In this document: piece after piece, positions 26,363-28,602 of the stretch
How positions within the stretch are numbered: position 1 is the stretch's first letter
How the letters are laid out: each line of letters opens with the position of its first letter
Assembly (NCBI GenBank): GCA_001776275.1
Contig: MFAQ01000041.1
Coordinates: forward strand, 54,057 to 82,658
Source of the DNA: Candidatus Collierbacteria bacterium RIFOXYD1_FULL_40_9
Lineage (GTDB): Bacteria; Patescibacteriota; Microgenomatia; UBA1400; MFAQ01
DNA length: 28,602 nucleotides
Direction: 5' to 3'
Translations under genes and position numbers: made by a program
Notes under the pieces: generated by a model
The model's input: only the letters and a program-made list of their open reading frames with translations
What the model was told of the DNA's origin: nothing
The model's database searches: none

Positions 26363-27844
26363 ATGTCTAAACAAAATAAGTTCCTTGCGTTTATAGATTC
26401 CCTAACCATGTACAAGGCTGTTCTGTATAGTCTTATCTTTCTTTTTGCTAGCTCACTAGTTGCCTCTGTCTTTGACTACACCTACTTCAAGCCAATTACT
26501 TTATTACTTTCTCTCGCAACCATAACTTCTGTAACTGTTGCAAGTAATTTCTTGCTAAGCAAGCTCTACAAAGTTATCCCAAATCCAGAGTCAGCGCTAA
26601 TTACCAGTCTGATTCTACTTTTTCTTTTTAGTCCACCAACCACATCAACCGAATACTTTACTTTAATTATCGCCGGCATAATTGCTTCTTCCAGTAAATA
26701 TCTTTTTAACTTCAATATGGTTCATATTTTTAACCCCGCCGCCATCGCTGCAGTTATAACCCCACTCCTAGGCTTCGACGGTGCTATTTGGTGGGTCGCT
26801 ACCCCTGTATTAATCCCTAGCACTCTGATTGTAGCCCTCTACTTAATCAGGAAGCTTAGAAGATTTGAGCTGGCACTAAGTTATTTTGGTGGTTTAATAC
26901 TAGGGCTCATTATTTCAAAACAACTAACTCAAAACAATTTCAGTACTTTTCTACCAGAAATCCTTATTTCTTGGCCGACTATCTTCTTTGCCAGCATCAT
27001 GTTAATTGAACCACTTACCATGCCAAATAAAAACAAACTTCTTAATTTGTTTGGCATACTGGTTGGGTTTTTAGGTGCTAACCAATACCACCTTGGACCA
27101 GTATTTAGCTCACCAGAGTTAAGTTTGGTGATTGGTAATATTTTTGCTTTTGTCTTATCGAACAAAAAAAGATATTTTCTCCAATTAATAAATAAAGAAT
27201 TAGTCGCAGACAACACCTATCAGTTTTCTTTCAGATCAACTCCACCAGTAAGTTTTAACCCTGGTCAATACCTAGAATGGTCCCTATCTCACCACAATCC
27301 GGATATCAGAGGCATTAGGCGCTACTTTACCATCTCTAGCTCACCCACCGAAAAAGAAATTAAACTAACATTTAAATTATTTTCACCACCCAGTAGTTTC
27401 AAAAACGAGTTTTCAAAATTGAAAGTAGGCTACAAAATACAAGCCTCACACATCGCAGGCGACTTCACCCCTCAAGTATCAGCAGACAACTTAGTTTTTA
27501 TTGCTGGAGGAATAGGCATCACCCCATTTAGAAGCATCATCAGATACTACCTTGACAAAAACTTCAAAAAAAACATTTACCTCCTCTATGCTAGTACGAA
27601 TGAAGGTGACTTTGCGTTTAAGGAACTCTTCCAACAAGCCAGTAAACAAATTGGTCTGCAAACTAACTATTTTGTTAGCAGTAAGGGACAAAAAATAACT
27701 ACCGACACTATTAGAGAAATCAAAAACTACCAAAACTACACCTACTTTATTTCTGGACCAGACGCTATGGTCAAACACTACAAATCCATACTCAGATCAC
27801 TCGGTATACACAAGATAAAAACTGACTACTTCCCAGGTTTTTAG
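26363..27844 (+). CDS. RnfD/NqrB-like membrane domain fused to an FNR-type FAD/NAD(P)-binding domain
   Basis: HIFNPAA in the TM domain; FNPGQY, RRYFTISSSP, IAGGIGITPF, SGP, DYF in the C-terminal domain. Confidence 0.85.
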   Translation: MSKQNKFLAFIDSLTMYKAVLYSLIFLFASSLVASVFDYTYFKPITLLLSLATITSVTVASNFLLSKLYKVIPNPESALITSLILLFLFSPPTTSTEYFTLIIAGIIASSSKYLFNFNMVHIFNPAAIAAVITPLLGFDGAIWWVATPVLIPSTLIVALYLIRKLRRFELALSYFGGLILGLIISKQLTQNNFSTFLPEILISWPTIFFASIMLIEPLTMPNKNKLLNLFGILVGFLGANQYHLGPVFSSPELSLVIGNIFAFVLSNKKRYFLQLINKELVADNTYQFSFRSTPPVSFNPGQYLEWSLSHHNPDIRGIRRYFTISSSPTEKEIKLTFKLFSPPSSFKNEFSKLKVGYKIQASHIAGDFTPQVSADNLVFIAGGIGITPFRSIIRYYLDKNFKKNIYLLYASTNEGDFAFKELFQQASKQIGLQTNYFVSSKGQKITTDTIREIKNYQNYTYFISGPDAMVKHYKSILRSLGIHKIKTDYFPGF

Positions 27845-27858
27845 TCTATCCAATAAGC

Positions 27859-27888
27859 TTGACAAAGTAAGTCCAAAAGACTTATAAT
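27859..27888 (+). promoter_or_regulatory. Consensus sigma70 promoter TTGACA-N18-TATAAT
   Basis: Both hexamers are perfect; GGAGG SD at 27919-27923 precedes ATG 27927. Confidence 0.75.
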
Positions 27889-27926
27889 ACGAGAAAGACA
27901 ATTTTGACATTTTATATCGGAGGAAC

Positions 27927-28602
27927 ATGAAAAAGCTCACTTTTGTACTGACTTTCCTTACAGTCTGTCTGTTGGCGTGTACAAATCAATCATCGGATAC
28001 AGCAATCTCAACCGCAACGCTCTCAACTAGTACAAGCAAACCAACACTAGAGCCAACAGTCGCCACTCTGCCAGATGTTGCTACACCAAGTCCAACATCG
28101 ACACTTCTTCCTTCAATTGGACCAGGTAACGGATCTTTTGAAGACCCCTTCTTCCCGACAATTCTCGAGGGTAAGGAAGTCGTTATTAAAACATACAATT
28201 TACCTAAAATCGAAGTTGAGATGACAAATAGAAGTATTTGGGTAAAGCTAAATCAGGGTCTATACACCTATACTCCATACACGATTAACAATGTAACAGA
28301 CTTTATGTTAATAGAAAGCGACAGCCCTGTTGGTTTCACTGGAGTCTGGCGCAGTCAGCAGGGAGCGAGCTTCGATTACGCTCACCTGTACAAGACATAT
28401 ACTCCCACAACGGACGATCTGGAAATTAATCAATACTGGGAAACATACGTTGATAAGTTAAAAGATCTGGGACTTAGGAAAAACGAAAACTACTACCCAG
28501 ACCAACACGAGTCACCCTACCAGAAATGTAAGATCATGCTGGGAAACTCGAGCATCGTCGAAACATGGACAGAAGTAGAACGTCAATACTTCTTTAGCCT
28601 CT
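27927..28602 (+). CDS. Putative lipoprotein with Thr/Pro/Ser-rich linker, truncated by window end
   Basis: Not in the ORF track; hand-translated MKKLTFVLTFLTVCLLAC (lipobox LLA-C) TNQSSDTAISTATLSTSTSKPTLEPT...; frame open to the window end. Confidence 0.8.
   Translation, partial: MKKLTFVLTFLTVCLLACTNQSSDTAISTATLSTSTSKPTLEPTVATLPDVATPSPTSTLLPSIGPGNGSFEDPFFPTILEGKEVVIKTYNLPKIEVEMTNRSIWVKLNQGLYTYTPYTINNVTDFMLIESDSPVGFTGVWRSQQGASFDYAHLYKTYTPTTDDLEINQYWETYVDKLKDLGLRKNENYYPDQHESPYQKCKIMLGNSSIVETWTEVERQYFFSL

Overview
The window looks like a Patescibacteria (CPR, probably Microgenomates-like) genome read with the standard code. This is an inference from gene content, near-absence of Shine-Dalgarno sites and leaderless-type promoters. 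The left ~19.4 kb is an accessory island. It contains a large serine recombinase (cut by the window edge), an XRE-HTH + reverse transcriptase pair preceded by a ~460-nt strongly structured leader with its own promoter and palindromic operator, a membrane-anchored thermonuclease, and a large copper/thiol-redox cluster. That cluster has two P1B ATPases, HMA chaperones, DsbA, DUF305, a DsbD_2/cupredoxin protein, ArsR and two BlaI/CopY + M56 peptidase pairs, linked by six TACTACA-N2/3-TGTAGTA boxes. A ~104-nt structured sequence occurs twice in inverted orientation (1492-1595 and 19291-19395) and brackets the RT and metal cargo. The left copy lies inside a 277-nt GC-rich domain closed by a perfect 18-bp inverted repeat, just downstream of the RT. 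The right part is host-like: a candidate PD-(D/E)xK protein, typA, an ABC transporter, tRNA-Leu(UAA), tRNA-Arg(UCU) with a duplicated 3' end, an FMN-binding/ApbE/RnfD-FNR flavinylation cluster and a truncated lipoprotein. The best candidate for a new system is the divergent retron-like HTH-RT module with its two flanking structured RNA candidates. All structures were folded by eye and no database searches were run.
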